From contig CALCZR010000060.1 of the NCBI GenBank assembly GCA_937903325.1, forward strand, positions 18,404 through 82,403: a DNA stretch of 64,000 nt. The letters are read 5' to 3'. Of this stretch, positions 45,851 to 55,436 are shown one piece after another (the first letter of the stretch is position 1; every line of letters begins with the position of its first letter). The translations under genes and the position numbers were made by a program. The notes beneath the pieces are model-generated. The model did not search any database and was not told where the DNA came from. It saw only the letters and a program-made list of their open reading frames with translations. The stretch is from an uncultured Candidatus Saccharibacteria bacterium (GTDB taxonomy: Bacteria; Patescibacteriota; Saccharimonadia; Saccharimonadales; AWTP1-31).

Positions 45851-47206
45851 TTATTTTGTAGGAACAGTTAGGTAATTAGGCCCATCATACTCTTGTACTA
45901 CCTTGAGTTGTCGAAGTGGATATCCACCACCAGGGGCCATTACTCCACCAGAACAATTAAGTTGCAGATTAACACATCCCTTCAACCAATGGTCTTGTAC
46001 GGCATCTGTCCAGCCACCGTACCAGTCAGCGTGTAAACTAAAGCCGTCTGGGGTACCAGCCATAGCATCGGAGGACAGCTTCCATTGCGAATAATTGAGA
46101 TCCCCTGGCCACGACACATGGTAACTCACCTGCGGCATCATATACGGAAAGTCCGAGGGACAACCGCTGCCAGAGAAATATGCTAAATGGCTCTTGTGAT
46201 TGGCGGAGTCTAGTACTGGGTTACCGCTACCGTCTACCTTCACACACGCTGGGAAGAAGATAAGCGCTTGGAGTTTTATCGGGAAGATATCATTAGGATC
46301 ATATGAATTGGGATCCTTCTGCTTGGTATAGGAATTCACTGCGTTTGCCTTGGTATTGGCTGGACAGTTGTCAGGTATCGTATTACCAATATAGGTGTAA
46401 TTAATGCTCCCTGTGTAGCATGCCCAGATAACACCGTTTACGTGTTGCAATGACGTTTCGGTATTTCCCGTAGAACTACCGGCGATCATCTTCAGACCTT
46501 GGGGCATCTTCTTAGTCTGGGCTGCAGCGCCCTGGGCCGACTTGTAGTACATGAGGATGTCCTTAGGAATCACTACTTTGTTATTTCCGTCTAGCACTGC
46601 CGGCATCCAGTAGCCCGTTCGATTAGCTTCATAGCCTGCACAAGATCCACCACCTCGAGTCATAATATTCTGGTTAGTGGTATTAGCATCCATCTGAGTA
46701 TTGCCCCAGAACATGTGCAGGTGTGCCTTGCCAGACTGACCGGGATACACAATCGGATCATCGTAGTTTAAGTGAGAATACTGACAGGTAAATCGGAATT
46801 GTCCTTGGGAGTTATGTGTCTGGTAGCCCCCTGGATTTGCCTCTAGGTTTCCCCGTGTCGTTAGGTTCTGGACAATCTCCGACTCAGATGCATTCTCATA
46901 CTGTCGGTAACGACTGGTTAGCGTCGTGTTACGTAAGAAGCTCCCTAAGTCGTTACTCATGTTCATGGGGCCAAAGTGCACCCCTTGTCCACCAGATGAA
47001 CCAGACGGAGTCATGACGTGCGCCTGTCCCGTAAGACTACCCTTCTCTGCCTCCAAACCAAATCCTGTTGTAGCCGCCTTTGTGAGCGTCAAGATTAAAA
47101 CCCCAAAGCCAACAAACGCCAACATACTGACACCAGCAATTACCTGCTGCCGGTACTTATCTAGCCAAGCCCGAACCTTCTTGTGCCCTGTAGTTTTCTT
47201 CTTCAT
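45851..47206 (-). CDS. Secreted/membrane-anchored DUF1996-domain protein
   Basis: 451 aa with an N-terminal signal anchor. The DUF1996-like core is FRFTCQYSHLNYDDPIVYPGQSGKAHLHMFWGN...GYWMPAV. Confidence 0.7.
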   Translation of the reverse strand: MKKKTTGHKKVRAWLDKYRQQVIAGVSMLAFVGFGVLILTLTKAATTGFGLEAEKGSLTGQAHVMTPSGSSGGQGVHFGPMNMSNDLGSFLRNTTLTSRYRQYENASESEIVQNLTTRGNLEANPGGYQTHNSQGQFRFTCQYSHLNYDDPIVYPGQSGKAHLHMFWGNTQMDANTTNQNIMTRGGGSCAGYEANRTGYWMPAVLDGNNKVVIPKDILMYYKSAQGAAAQTKKMPQGLKMIAGSSTGNTETSLQHVNGVIWACYTGSINYTYIGNTIPDNCPANTKANAVNSYTKQKDPNSYDPNDIFPIKLQALIFFPACVKVDGSGNPVLDSANHKSHLAYFSGSGCPSDFPYMMPQVSYHVSWPGDLNYSQWKLSSDAMAGTPDGFSLHADWYGGWTDAVQDHWLKGCVNLQLNCSGGVMAPGGGYPLRQLKVVQEYDGPNYLTVPTK

Positions 47207-47259
47207 AGCGTCTATGCTTATTAGTATAGCCGTGTACCCCTCTTTGGTACAATGCTCGT

Positions 47260-47769
47260 ATGAAACTTGTCTTTACTGCGCCTATTAAAATCCGTGATGG
47301 CAATCCATATGTTGACGTTACTGCCGAACAAGCCGAACGGTTACAACCCAATTGGCGTAAGCCCATGCCAGTACTTATTCAAGTTAACGGCCAACCAGAC
47401 CCAGCTTGGCACATCAACATGATGCCTACTGGCACCGGCGACTACTACCTCTATCTCCATGGAGATGTCCGCAAGGCCAGTAATACCACAGTTGGCGACA
47501 CCGTAGAAGTTACCGTTGAGTTCGACAAAGATTACATAAACGGCCCACAGCACCCCATGCCCGACTGGTTCCGAGAAGCCCTAAGCGCTAATACGACTGC
47601 TCAAGCAAATTGGGATGCCCTGACTCCCAGCCGACAGAAAGAAGTCCTCCGCTACTTCTCCTGGCTCAAATCAGATGAAGCTAAAGAGCGTAACCTAAAG
47701 AAAGCCATACACGTGCTATCCGGCAAAGCTGGAAGATTCATGGCCCGAGACTGGGACAACGGCAAATAA
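47260..47769 (+). CDS. DUF1905 + YdeI/OmpD-associated domain protein
   Basis: 169 aa. The DUF1905-like N-terminal half is IQVNGQPDPAWHINMMPTGTGDYYLYL. The YdeI-like C-terminus is PDWFREAL..NTTAQANWDALTPSRQKEVLRYFSWLKSDEAKERN. A TACAAT ends 6 nt upstream of the ATG. Confidence 0.75.
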   Translation: MKLVFTAPIKIRDGNPYVDVTAEQAERLQPNWRKPMPVLIQVNGQPDPAWHINMMPTGTGDYYLYLHGDVRKASNTTVGDTVEVTVEFDKDYINGPQHPMPDWFREALSANTTAQANWDALTPSRQKEVLRYFSWLKSDEAKERNLKKAIHVLSGKAGRFMARDWDNGK

Positions 47770-47794
47770 TAGCCCGTACCTTGCTTTAGCAGAC

Positions 47795-49072
47795 TTACTG
47801 TGCCGAAGCGCAGCCACTAACGGATACATTACCCGTAAACTTGGTAACCGTCCGTGCTGGATGAGTAGTATCCCAGAATGCCTTACCTGCTGGAGCTAAC
47901 TTAGTTGAGAGATTACTACTATTCACCGTCCATGGTGAAGTCATATCCTTGGTAAGTGAATAGGTGATCTGGTCATTTCTGTCTCCGGTGGCTATCCACC
48001 AAATGAGGCCATATCCAGCTGGAGGAGCGTATTTAATAACAGCATTAGCCGCTATGCGGTTTTGTACTGGATTACCAGCAATACCATCATGATCCGGGTC
48101 CACTCTCGTAATGAATGGCTGTCCATTTTGTAATAGTGGGTCGCCAAACTCACCAATCACCACGGCAATATTCTTGGCAGCAAGTCGGTCAATATAATCT
48201 TTATGTTTCGCATCATCCGCAAACCCACCAATAAAACCATAGGCATGCCAGTCATACAGGACATTACATTTGCCACTCCCAAAGGTCGTAGCTAAGTTCC
48301 CGTCCACCAGGTTTTCAATCTGATTACCAGATCCCGCCAAGTCAGTTACAAATATCATATCGGGAGCTAGGGCACGCACGTCGTTATACAGACTTTGATT
48401 CAGCCCAGTCCAGACACTTTGGTTAATTACTGGCTCGTTATGGGTATTCATCCACACGTAGGGATTATCCCTGTACTTCTGGGCAATGTCCTTAATCATT
48501 GGCAAAGATGCTTGAATCTGTGCTTCATCGTATGGGTGGTCATACCAAACATCTACACGACAGGTCACCATGACTACCATCTTCTTAGCTGTATATTCAT
48601 TAACAAGCTCATCGAGGCCAGCCAAAGTTTCTGCATAGTTAGCGCTACCTCCCCGTGGGCTGCATATGATATTAGGACGAATCGTGTTCCATCCCCACGC
48701 TTGAACCTGTGCACTTTTGCCATTGGCATTACCAAAGTAACTAAAAATTGGATCAGGCGCTTGCCGCATACCAACATTAGCCCCCATGGGCAAAAAGATA
48801 TTGCCATCTGGATCTACAATATTCTTCCCAACAATATAGAACTTACCTGTACCAAACCTAATTGCTTTGCCACCTGAAGCCCCCGTAAGAGATCGTTCGG
48901 TAACTTTCGTATTGCGAACCCCTGCTTCAGCCTCGATACCAACAGACGACGTCGCCGCTTTGGTAAGCACCAAAAGAAAGATTCCAACTAACACACTTGA
49001 AACCACGAAGAGTGGCAACGTAGGAATATTTTTCAGCCTCTGCCGCAACGATCGGCCAAGGTGTTTCTTCAT
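47795..49072 (-). CDS. Secreted glycoside hydrolase family 5 (cellulase/mannanase-type)
   Basis: 425 aa with a signal anchor. The acid/base motif is NTHNEP and the nucleophile motif is VIGEFG. A TATACT ends 7 nt upstream of the ATG. Confidence 0.75.
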   Translation of the reverse strand: MKKHLGRSLRQRLKNIPTLPLFVVSSVLVGIFLLVLTKAATSSVGIEAEAGVRNTKVTERSLTGASGGKAIRFGTGKFYIVGKNIVDPDGNIFLPMGANVGMRQAPDPIFSYFGNANGKSAQVQAWGWNTIRPNIICSPRGGSANYAETLAGLDELVNEYTAKKMVVMVTCRVDVWYDHPYDEAQIQASLPMIKDIAQKYRDNPYVWMNTHNEPVINQSVWTGLNQSLYNDVRALAPDMIFVTDLAGSGNQIENLVDGNLATTFGSGKCNVLYDWHAYGFIGGFADDAKHKDYIDRLAAKNIAVVIGEFGDPLLQNGQPFITRVDPDHDGIAGNPVQNRIAANAVIKYAPPAGYGLIWWIATGDRNDQITYSLTKDMTSPWTVNSSNLSTKLAPAGKAFWDTTHPARTVTKFTGNVSVSGCASAQ

Positions 49073-49099
49073 GCTTACTAGTATAGCGTAAGCAGTACG

Positions 49100-49882
49100 C
49101 TACTGAATGACTTTATATAGACTGTACCAATCTTGCAGTGATAGTTCTTGGGGACGATTGTCAGGAGACAATCCAGCTTGCTCGAGTAGCTCACTAGCTT
49201 CGGGCTTGCCAATATGCAGTCCAGCACTGAGACTACTACGCAGTTTCTTGCGACGCTGTGAATACCCAGCCTTCACAATACGGAAGAACTTCTTTTCGTC
49301 CAAATCCTTAAACAAGGGGTCCGCTCGTCGAGTTAGCTTCAGAATCTGCGAATCTACCTTAGGAGGCGGCGTAAATAGTTCAGCACGTACCACCATGTCC
49401 AAACTGGTTTCGTAGTACAACTGCACACTAACGCTCAAGAGCGACATGTCGCCTGGTTTTGCCGCCACTCGTTCGGCTACTTCTTTTTGTACCAGCAGCG
49501 CCACAACAATCGGTGGATTGGCCGACTCGCTCAACACTCGAAGCAAGTTACTAGTTAGGTAATACGGAATGTTAGCTACAACTTTGTATCCTGTAGGCAG
49601 CTGCGTGTAATCGAAGGTTAAGCAATCTGCATTGTAGACAGTCAGGTTCTTAGCAGGAACTCGATTAGGTAGATCCTGTGCCAGGGCTTCGTCATACTCA
49701 ACAGCCACGACGTGTTTTGCTTCATATGTTAGGTAGGTCGTAAGCGTACCTAGGCCCGGCCCAATCTCCACGATTGTATCGTCAGCAGTAACTTCACCGG
49801 CCGTGAGCATAGCTCGCAGACTTGTTTCATCTTCTAGCCAATGTTGGCCAAGGCTTTTCTTAGGAGTATAAGACTCTAGCAT
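49100..49882 (-). CDS. rsmA: 16S rRNA (adenine1518/1519-N6)-dimethyltransferase RsmA/KsgA
   Basis: 260 aa. Supporting stretches are SLGQHWL, the SAM motif VEIGPGLGTLT and NIPYYLTS. Confidence 0.93.
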   Translation of the reverse strand: MLESYTPKKSLGQHWLEDETSLRAMLTAGEVTADDTIVEIGPGLGTLTTYLTYEAKHVVAVEYDEALAQDLPNRVPAKNLTVYNADCLTFDYTQLPTGYKVVANIPYYLTSNLLRVLSESANPPIVVALLVQKEVAERVAAKPGDMSLLSVSVQLYYETSLDMVVRAELFTPPPKVDSQILKLTRRADPLFKDLDEKKFFRIVKAGYSQRRKKLRSSLSAGLHIGKPEASELLEQAGLSPDNRPQELSLQDWYSLYKVIQ

Positions 49883-50316
49883 ACGTTCTTTCCATCAACA
49901 CGCAAGGATCTGTCGAGGTAATCTATTGCATTGCTTAACAAGTTTGTACTGTTTCTAAACATCCCAATTCCTCGATTACAGTTTTCGCACAATAACCCTC
50001 TGATCTTACTTGTATCATGACAATGGTCAACAGCTAACTTTTTGTGTACGGCCGACGTTTGACGACAAATTGCGCATACACCTTCTTGCTCTTGCATCAT
50101 TCGATCATAGTCGTCAATAGTTATGCCATATTCGCGAACAAGATGCCGATTCATCCGTTGTCGTAACTCTATGTGCCGCTTTGGCCCGTTACGCCTCTTC
50201 TCGGTAACCACCCTCCAGCAATCTTTACACCAAGACTGGTAGCCGTCAGACATAACAATATTCTTCCAGAATTCAGAAAAATCTTTCTCTTGCTTACACC
50301 CTGAGCAATATTTCAC
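49876..50316 (-). CDS. Recombination endonuclease VII-family HNH nuclease (phage T4 gp49-like) with an N-terminal Cys4 finger
   Basis: 146 aa. The key stretch is CAICRQ...KLAVDHCHDTSKIRGLLCENCNRGIGMF and the N-terminus reads CSGCK...WCKDC. The start is GTG with a TATAAT ending 6 nt upstream. It overlaps rsmA by 7 nt. Confidence 0.85.
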   Translation of the reverse strand: MKYCSGCKQEKDFSEFWKNIVMSDGYQSWCKDCWRVVTEKRRNGPKRHIELRQRMNRHLVREYGITIDDYDRMMQEQEGVCAICRQTSAVHKKLAVDHCHDTSKIRGLLCENCNRGIGMFRNSTNLLSNAIDYLDRSLRVDGKNVC

Positions 50317-50343
50317 AGTGTTATTATATCACAAGAACAGGGG

Positions 50344-51624
50344 TCACCACCAGTGATTAACCACCCAAAAGTTGTACGCACCAATCCAACTACCGTATCG
50401 TTGTCTTGCGTATCCAGTACACCACTGTAACTGCGTCACCGGATTAACTGCCCAGTCGGCACCAGCACTGGCCATCTTGTAGCCCGGTGTTGCCTGACAT
50501 AGTCCATATCCTACGCCCGCAGATGTCGGTGCTCCGTGATAGGCTGGGCAACCACCATATTCACCCTGCCACTTGGTTGGGCACCAGCCTGACTCTCGCC
50601 CCACAATGTAGTCCACCGCATAGTATTCAGAGGGAGATATTCCAGCTGCAGCCAGCCACTCAGCCCGACCACCGGTTACGATAACCTTGGTGCCTTTTGC
50701 AATAACGCGTCGTACCGGTTCGGCGGCAACTACTTCTTGAAGTATTTTACGCCCAACCTCCTGGCCATTGCGTAGTTCTACTTCGTAGGTAACCAACTTC
50801 TTGCCGTCAGTACCTTCTTGCTTTACAACTGTTGCACCAATAGCCAATGTTGGATCGTCTTCGTTAGCTACCGGCGCAGCAATCGCTTCTTCGCTGGTCA
50901 GTACCTTCTTGCCCATACGGACAACAAACACCTGGGTGTTTGCCATAATCTTAGTATTCAACGCAGGCTCTACGGTATCGCCTTCAAGCGTCTTGATATT
51001 CTTTTGGTCCAGTAGATCTCGTACCGTCTTAGCTCGAGTCCGCACTGCGATAGCATTGCCGTACAGGTTAATGTTGGCTGGCAAGGCTCGATCTACCACT
51101 ACTTGCTCACCGAGGATTCGGTCCTTGGCCATATCTACCGGCGCACCAGCTGTAATGCCATCTTCTTTATACAGTTCAATACCGGCCTTCTCTACCACGG
51201 TACGTGGCTGTTGGTATGGACTGAGGATTGTTACCTTACGCCCATTGTCGATAATGGTTACGGGGCGAGCCTTCTGGACGGTAACGTTCATATTGCTTTC
51301 GAGAATCTGCGTATCAAGAGCTGGCTCGACAATATCTTTGTCGTTCACGGATACATCAATGCGCTTTAGCAGGTCCGCTACTGTCTTAGCTCGAGTAGGC
51401 AAGGCTTGTTGCTTACCATCTATCGTAATGTTCACAACCCGTGAATCACTAACACCCATGGTTTGCGCCCCGAATAAAACCATACCCACTGCGCTTAAAA
51501 AGAAAAGCCCAAGGAACGTAAAAACAGGTATAACAAGGGGGTGCCCGCGGAGTGGATGGGCACGTTTGATTTTCTTACGGCTAATAGCCTGGTATTTGCG
51601 GGTTAACCGCTTAAATTTGCGCAT
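50344..51624 (-). CDS. YabE/RpfB-like cell-wall protein: TM anchor, 3x DUF348, G5 domain, C-terminal transglycosylase-like domain
   Basis: 426 aa. The DUF348 repeats match ...RAKTVADLLKRIDVSVNDKDIVEPALDTQI and similar. The G5 domain reads VVKQEGTDGKKLVTYEVELRNGQEV. The C-terminus is VGRESGW...YGLCQ...WW. Confidence 0.8.
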   Translation of the reverse strand: MRKFKRLTRKYQAISRKKIKRAHPLRGHPLVIPVFTFLGLFFLSAVGMVLFGAQTMGVSDSRVVNITIDGKQQALPTRAKTVADLLKRIDVSVNDKDIVEPALDTQILESNMNVTVQKARPVTIIDNGRKVTILSPYQQPRTVVEKAGIELYKEDGITAGAPVDMAKDRILGEQVVVDRALPANINLYGNAIAVRTRAKTVRDLLDQKNIKTLEGDTVEPALNTKIMANTQVFVVRMGKKVLTSEEAIAAPVANEDDPTLAIGATVVKQEGTDGKKLVTYEVELRNGQEVGRKILQEVVAAEPVRRVIAKGTKVIVTGGRAEWLAAAGISPSEYYAVDYIVGRESGWCPTKWQGEYGGCPAYHGAPTSAGVGYGLCQATPGYKMASAGADWAVNPVTQLQWCTGYARQRYGSWIGAYNFWVVNHWW

Positions 51625-51690
51625 ACGTCAATGTCTAGTGGGTCATAACGTCCAGATATGAACGCTGTTGTTACCCCTCCAGATCACCTT

Positions 51691-52194
51691 TTATTCTACC
51701 AAATTTGAGCGATTGCTAAAAGCCAGCAGTATATGTCGAGCAGAACTAGTTAACGGATACTCCTCAAGCTTATCCAGATCTACCCACTGTGCTGCTACCA
51801 CTTCTTTGCCGTCCACCACAATGGCTGGTTTAGTTCGGCATTCTACCCAGAACGCCACGTATCGTATCTTAATCCCGCTACTACGCAAATGGTATCTCCC
51901 TAGCTCATGCAGATCAGAAGGCTTTAGCGTTAGACCTACTTCTTCTGCAACCTCTCGCACACCTCCAGCTACTGGCTCCTCACCACGGTGCAACCCTCCA
52001 CCTGGCAAACCCCACTCGCCAGTACCAAGCCAATTACGCAGTACCAGTACTTGTCCTTTGTAGTGCAACACTACCCGAGTACGTGGTGGACTCGACTTCA
52101 GGGTCAGCCAAATACCGGGCCAGGTAACCCAAAACAGCAACCGACCAAGTTGGCTTTTCTTGTCAAACTTTGTCGTTTGTTTCTGTACGCTCAT
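51691..52194 (-). CDS. NUDIX hydrolase with a hydrophobic N-terminus
   Basis: 167 aa. The Nudix box is GLPGGGLHRGEEPVAGGVREVAEEVGL. It overlaps pcrA by 4 nt. Confidence 0.8.
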   Translation of the reverse strand: MSVQKQTTKFDKKSQLGRLLFWVTWPGIWLTLKSSPPRTRVVLHYKGQVLVLRNWLGTGEWGLPGGGLHRGEEPVAGGVREVAEEVGLTLKPSDLHELGRYHLRSSGIKIRYVAFWVECRTKPAIVVDGKEVVAAQWVDLDKLEEYPLTSSARHILLAFSNRSNLVE

Positions 52195-54353
52195 AGTTTC
52201 TCAAGTGGTGCAAAAGCGACATTAAGCTTCTTGCTCCCTTTGCCCTTAAAGTAGATAACCGCATTGTCACCGTCCAGTTCCATAACCTGCCCTTCGCCAA
52301 ACACTTGGTGCCGAACCATGTCACCTTCAGTAAGTTCTACGATGTAGCGGGGCTCGTCGTCATACGATTGCTGGAAGGCATCAGGATCTGGCGCGGCTGC
52401 TGGCCCATACGAACCATAGTCACTACCGTAGCTGTTATCTGCAAATTCACCGTCTATCTCACTTAGGAATCGACTTGGTGGGTTGTGCTGCACGCCGCCA
52501 TACAGGACTCGACTACTGGCATATAGCAGGTACAATTCTTCTCGAGCCCGAGTCATGCCGACATAACAGAGTCGTCGTTCTTCTTCCATTTCGTGTTGGT
52601 CGTACAGGGCACGAGAGTGTGGGAAGATGGTTTCTTCCATGCCGACCATAAAGACCACAGGAAACTCCAGGCCCTTAGCAGAGTGCAGGGTCATGAGCGT
52701 TACCGCGTTATTACCAAACTCCGCACTATCTAGGTCACTAACCAGTGCCACTTCTTCTAAGAAACCTTCCAGTCCGAGGTCTTGGTACTCTTGGGCTACA
52801 CTAATAAGTTCTTTGACGTTTTCCTGTCGGGATTCACCCTGTGCAGAACCGTCGTCAAGATAATTAAGGTAGTCTATTCGTCGGATAAGTGAGTCGATAA
52901 GACCCGAGACACTAGAGTCCTCCATTGCGACGCGGAGACTTTGCAGAATGTCACCGAGTTCGCTCAACGCCTTGCGGGCCTTAGGTGTTACGTCAGTACA
53001 ATCTGCCGCCTGGCTGAGCGCAGCGCCTAGGGACAAACCGCTGCGTCGTTGCCACAGCAGAAAATTCTCGAGAGACTTCGTCCCAATGCCGCGAGCCGGT
53101 ACGTTAACAATACGTTCAAAACTTACCCGGTCTTCTGGCTGGAAAATAATACGCAAGTACGCCATGAGGTCTTTTACTTCCTTGCGGTCATAGAAACGCT
53201 GGCCACCCACAATACGGTACGGAATACCGTAATGGATAAAAGCTTCTTCTACCGAACGACTCTGCGCATTGGTGCGGTACAGTACGGCAAAGTCTTTGTA
53301 GTTGCGTAGTCCGCTGTCTACGCCGCTGCGAATACGGGCAACAACTGCTTCACCTTCGGCACGTTCCCCATTTACCTGAGCAATCTGCACCGGACGGCCA
53401 TCTCCGGCTGCTGTCCACAGTCGCTTGTCGCTACGCTGTGAGTTCTTGGTAATAACGGCATGGGCTGCGTCCAGAATGTGCTTAGTACTTCGGTAGTTCT
53501 GCTCCAGCTTAATGACCGTACAGTTCGGATAGTCTTTCTCAAACCTAAGAATGTTGCGGAAGTCTGCCCCACGCCATGAGTAAATCGACTGCCAGTCGTC
53601 ACCAACTACAGCCAGATTGTTATGTTCACCCACCAGCAATTTCACCAGCTGGTACTGTGCACTGTTGGTGTCTTGGTACTCATCGATCATGACGTATTTA
53701 AACTGAGCTTGCCATTTCTCGCGGAGAACCATGTTGTTTTTGAGCATACTCACCGTACGACTAATAAGGTCGTCAAAGTCCAGAGCGCCTGCGTCCTTGA
53801 GGGCTCGTTCGTACGCTGGATATACCTGTGCTGCCGCCAGAGTAGCTGGGCTGCTTGCCGAACCAGCATAAGCCGTTGGTCCAATCATCTCGTTCTTGGC
53901 ACTGCTAATAAGACCAGCCAACACCCGTGCCGGGAATGCCTTCTCGTCTACATGTAGTTCTCGACTAGCCCGCTTAATAGCTGTTTGTCTATCAGATTCG
54001 TCAAAGATTACAAAACTCCGGGGCAGCCCTATGTGCTCACCGTCCTGTCGGAGTAACCTGACGCAGATACTGTGAAAGGTGCCCATATAGGGCATGAAGC
54101 TACGGTTCTCGTGATTCTCGCCAAGAAGCTTAGCAACGCGTTCCCGCATTTCCTTAGCAGCCTTGTTGGTGAAGGTTACCGCTAAGATGTTATACGGCGT
54201 CGCTTTGTGCGAGGCAATGGTATGCGCAATACGGTGCGTCAGGACCATTGTCTTACCACTACCCGCTCCGGCTTGAATTAACAGAGGACCTTCGGTGGTT
54301 TCAACGGCACGTTTTTGTTCTGAATTAAGGTTAGCCAAAAGGTCTGATTGCAT
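52191..54353 (-). CDS. pcrA: ATP-dependent DNA helicase PcrA/UvrD (SF1A)
   Basis: 720 aa. Helicase motifs are AGAGSGKT, DEYQDTN, YRS, LMTLHSAKGLEF and VGMTRA. A TACAAT ends 6 nt upstream of the ATG. Confidence 0.93.
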   Translation of the reverse strand: MQSDLLANLNSEQKRAVETTEGPLLIQAGAGSGKTMVLTHRIAHTIASHKATPYNILAVTFTNKAAKEMRERVAKLLGENHENRSFMPYMGTFHSICVRLLRQDGEHIGLPRSFVIFDESDRQTAIKRASRELHVDEKAFPARVLAGLISSAKNEMIGPTAYAGSASSPATLAAAQVYPAYERALKDAGALDFDDLISRTVSMLKNNMVLREKWQAQFKYVMIDEYQDTNSAQYQLVKLLVGEHNNLAVVGDDWQSIYSWRGADFRNILRFEKDYPNCTVIKLEQNYRSTKHILDAAHAVITKNSQRSDKRLWTAAGDGRPVQIAQVNGERAEGEAVVARIRSGVDSGLRNYKDFAVLYRTNAQSRSVEEAFIHYGIPYRIVGGQRFYDRKEVKDLMAYLRIIFQPEDRVSFERIVNVPARGIGTKSLENFLLWQRRSGLSLGAALSQAADCTDVTPKARKALSELGDILQSLRVAMEDSSVSGLIDSLIRRIDYLNYLDDGSAQGESRQENVKELISVAQEYQDLGLEGFLEEVALVSDLDSAEFGNNAVTLMTLHSAKGLEFPVVFMVGMEETIFPHSRALYDQHEMEEERRLCYVGMTRAREELYLLYASSRVLYGGVQHNPPSRFLSEIDGEFADNSYGSDYGSYGPAAAPDPDAFQQSYDDEPRYIVELTEGDMVRHQVFGEGQVMELDGDNAVIYFKGKGSKKLNVAFAPLEKL

Positions 54354-54377
54354 CTGTCTATTGTAGCAAGCTTTGGT

Positions 54378-55436
54378 CTACTTAAGCTTGAAAGTCTTGA
54401 GCATTGTCTCGACTTTAGCGAGGTCTGCATCACTGAGTTGTGTTGGTTTGCCGTCTTTGTCTACAATCTTGGTGTCTATGTAACCATTCTTCACACTCAG
54501 GATAGTGAACCCAACGTATGCACCCATGTCTTCTTCGCCAGCTGTTGGTTTGGCTTCTCTAGTGTCACCTGCCACAGCAGAAAGCTTAGTAGAATTAGTA
54601 AGTCCAAAATAGGTGATTGGCCTGGCGTCATCGACAGCCATGAATTGTTCTTTTACAAGATACACTCCCGTTACGAATTGGCTAAGACTGCCCTCGGCAA
54701 AATTACTATCCGGCAGTTTCGCGACACTGAGTGTCTTATGTGAGCTACAAATATTTCCTACAGTGAATGGCTTGTCCTTTGCTGCTGGCTCACAGTCCCC
54801 ACCACGGCCACCAGGGTTATTATCAAAGACCAGAAACTGCTTGTCATTAATAGTGAAAGTAACTTTTGCGTATTTTGCATCTTTATTACCAGAATCAACA
54901 TAGGAGCTACTAGTGTCAGTGTCCTCTACTTTCCAATCCTCCACATTGTCCACCGAAAATCCAGCAATTTTACTGGTAAAGAGCGTCATTGCAGTTGTTT
55001 CCTTCTGAGAATCATCACTGCTAGTAGTGCTGTTAGTCTGCGTAGTCGGCTCTTTCTTATCTGTCTGCTTCTGGTAATACATCCAGCCACCGTACCCACC
55101 GCCACCGAGCAACAGAAGTACGAGTAACGCAACCAGAAGCTTCTTGCCCTTAGGACGTTTGCTGACATCCCCAACAACTGCACTTTGCGTTTGGACGCTT
55201 GCCGCAAATTCTGGACTAGCTGTCTCAGCTGGCGCATCAACATTGAACGCAGGAGACAGGGGCGTATCTGCGGCAAGTGGTACAGCGGGAGCTACTGGAT
55301 TTGCTGAGATCATAGGGTCCGCCTGTGGAGCGTTTGTAATAACAGGCTTACTGGCAGGATTAGCGGTCAATGGACCATTAATATCCGAAAAAGGTTGCCC
55401 TGACTGGTCTGGACCATTAGAAGGATTAACATCCAC
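54378..55436 (-). CDS. Bitopic membrane protein of unknown function (Pro/Ala-rich N-terminus, TM helix, extracytoplasmic domain)
   Basis: 352 aa. The TM helix is LLVALLVLLLLGGGGYGGWMYY. The GTG start overlaps the tpiA stop by 1 nt (TAGTG). Confidence 0.6.
   Translation of the reverse strand: MDVNPSNGPDQSGQPFSDINGPLTANPASKPVITNAPQADPMISANPVAPAVPLAADTPLSPAFNVDAPAETASPEFAASVQTQSAVVGDVSKRPKGKKLLVALLVLLLLGGGGYGGWMYYQKQTDKKEPTTQTNSTTSSDDSQKETTAMTLFTSKIAGFSVDNVEDWKVEDTDTSSSYVDSGNKDAKYAKVTFTINDKQFLVFDNNPGGRGGDCEPAAKDKPFTVGNICSSHKTLSVAKLPDSNFAEGSLSQFVTGVYLVKEQFMAVDDARPITYFGLTNSTKLSAVAGDTREAKPTAGEEDMGAYVGFTILSVKNGYIDTKIVDKDGKPTQLSDADLAKVETMLKTFKLK

Noticed and set aside
50801-51661. 286-aa plus-strand ORF antisense to the DUF348/G5 gene
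   Set aside because: It is Ser/Thr/Arg-rich and has no recognisable domain. The opposite strand encodes clear DUF348, G5 and transglycosylase-like motifs.
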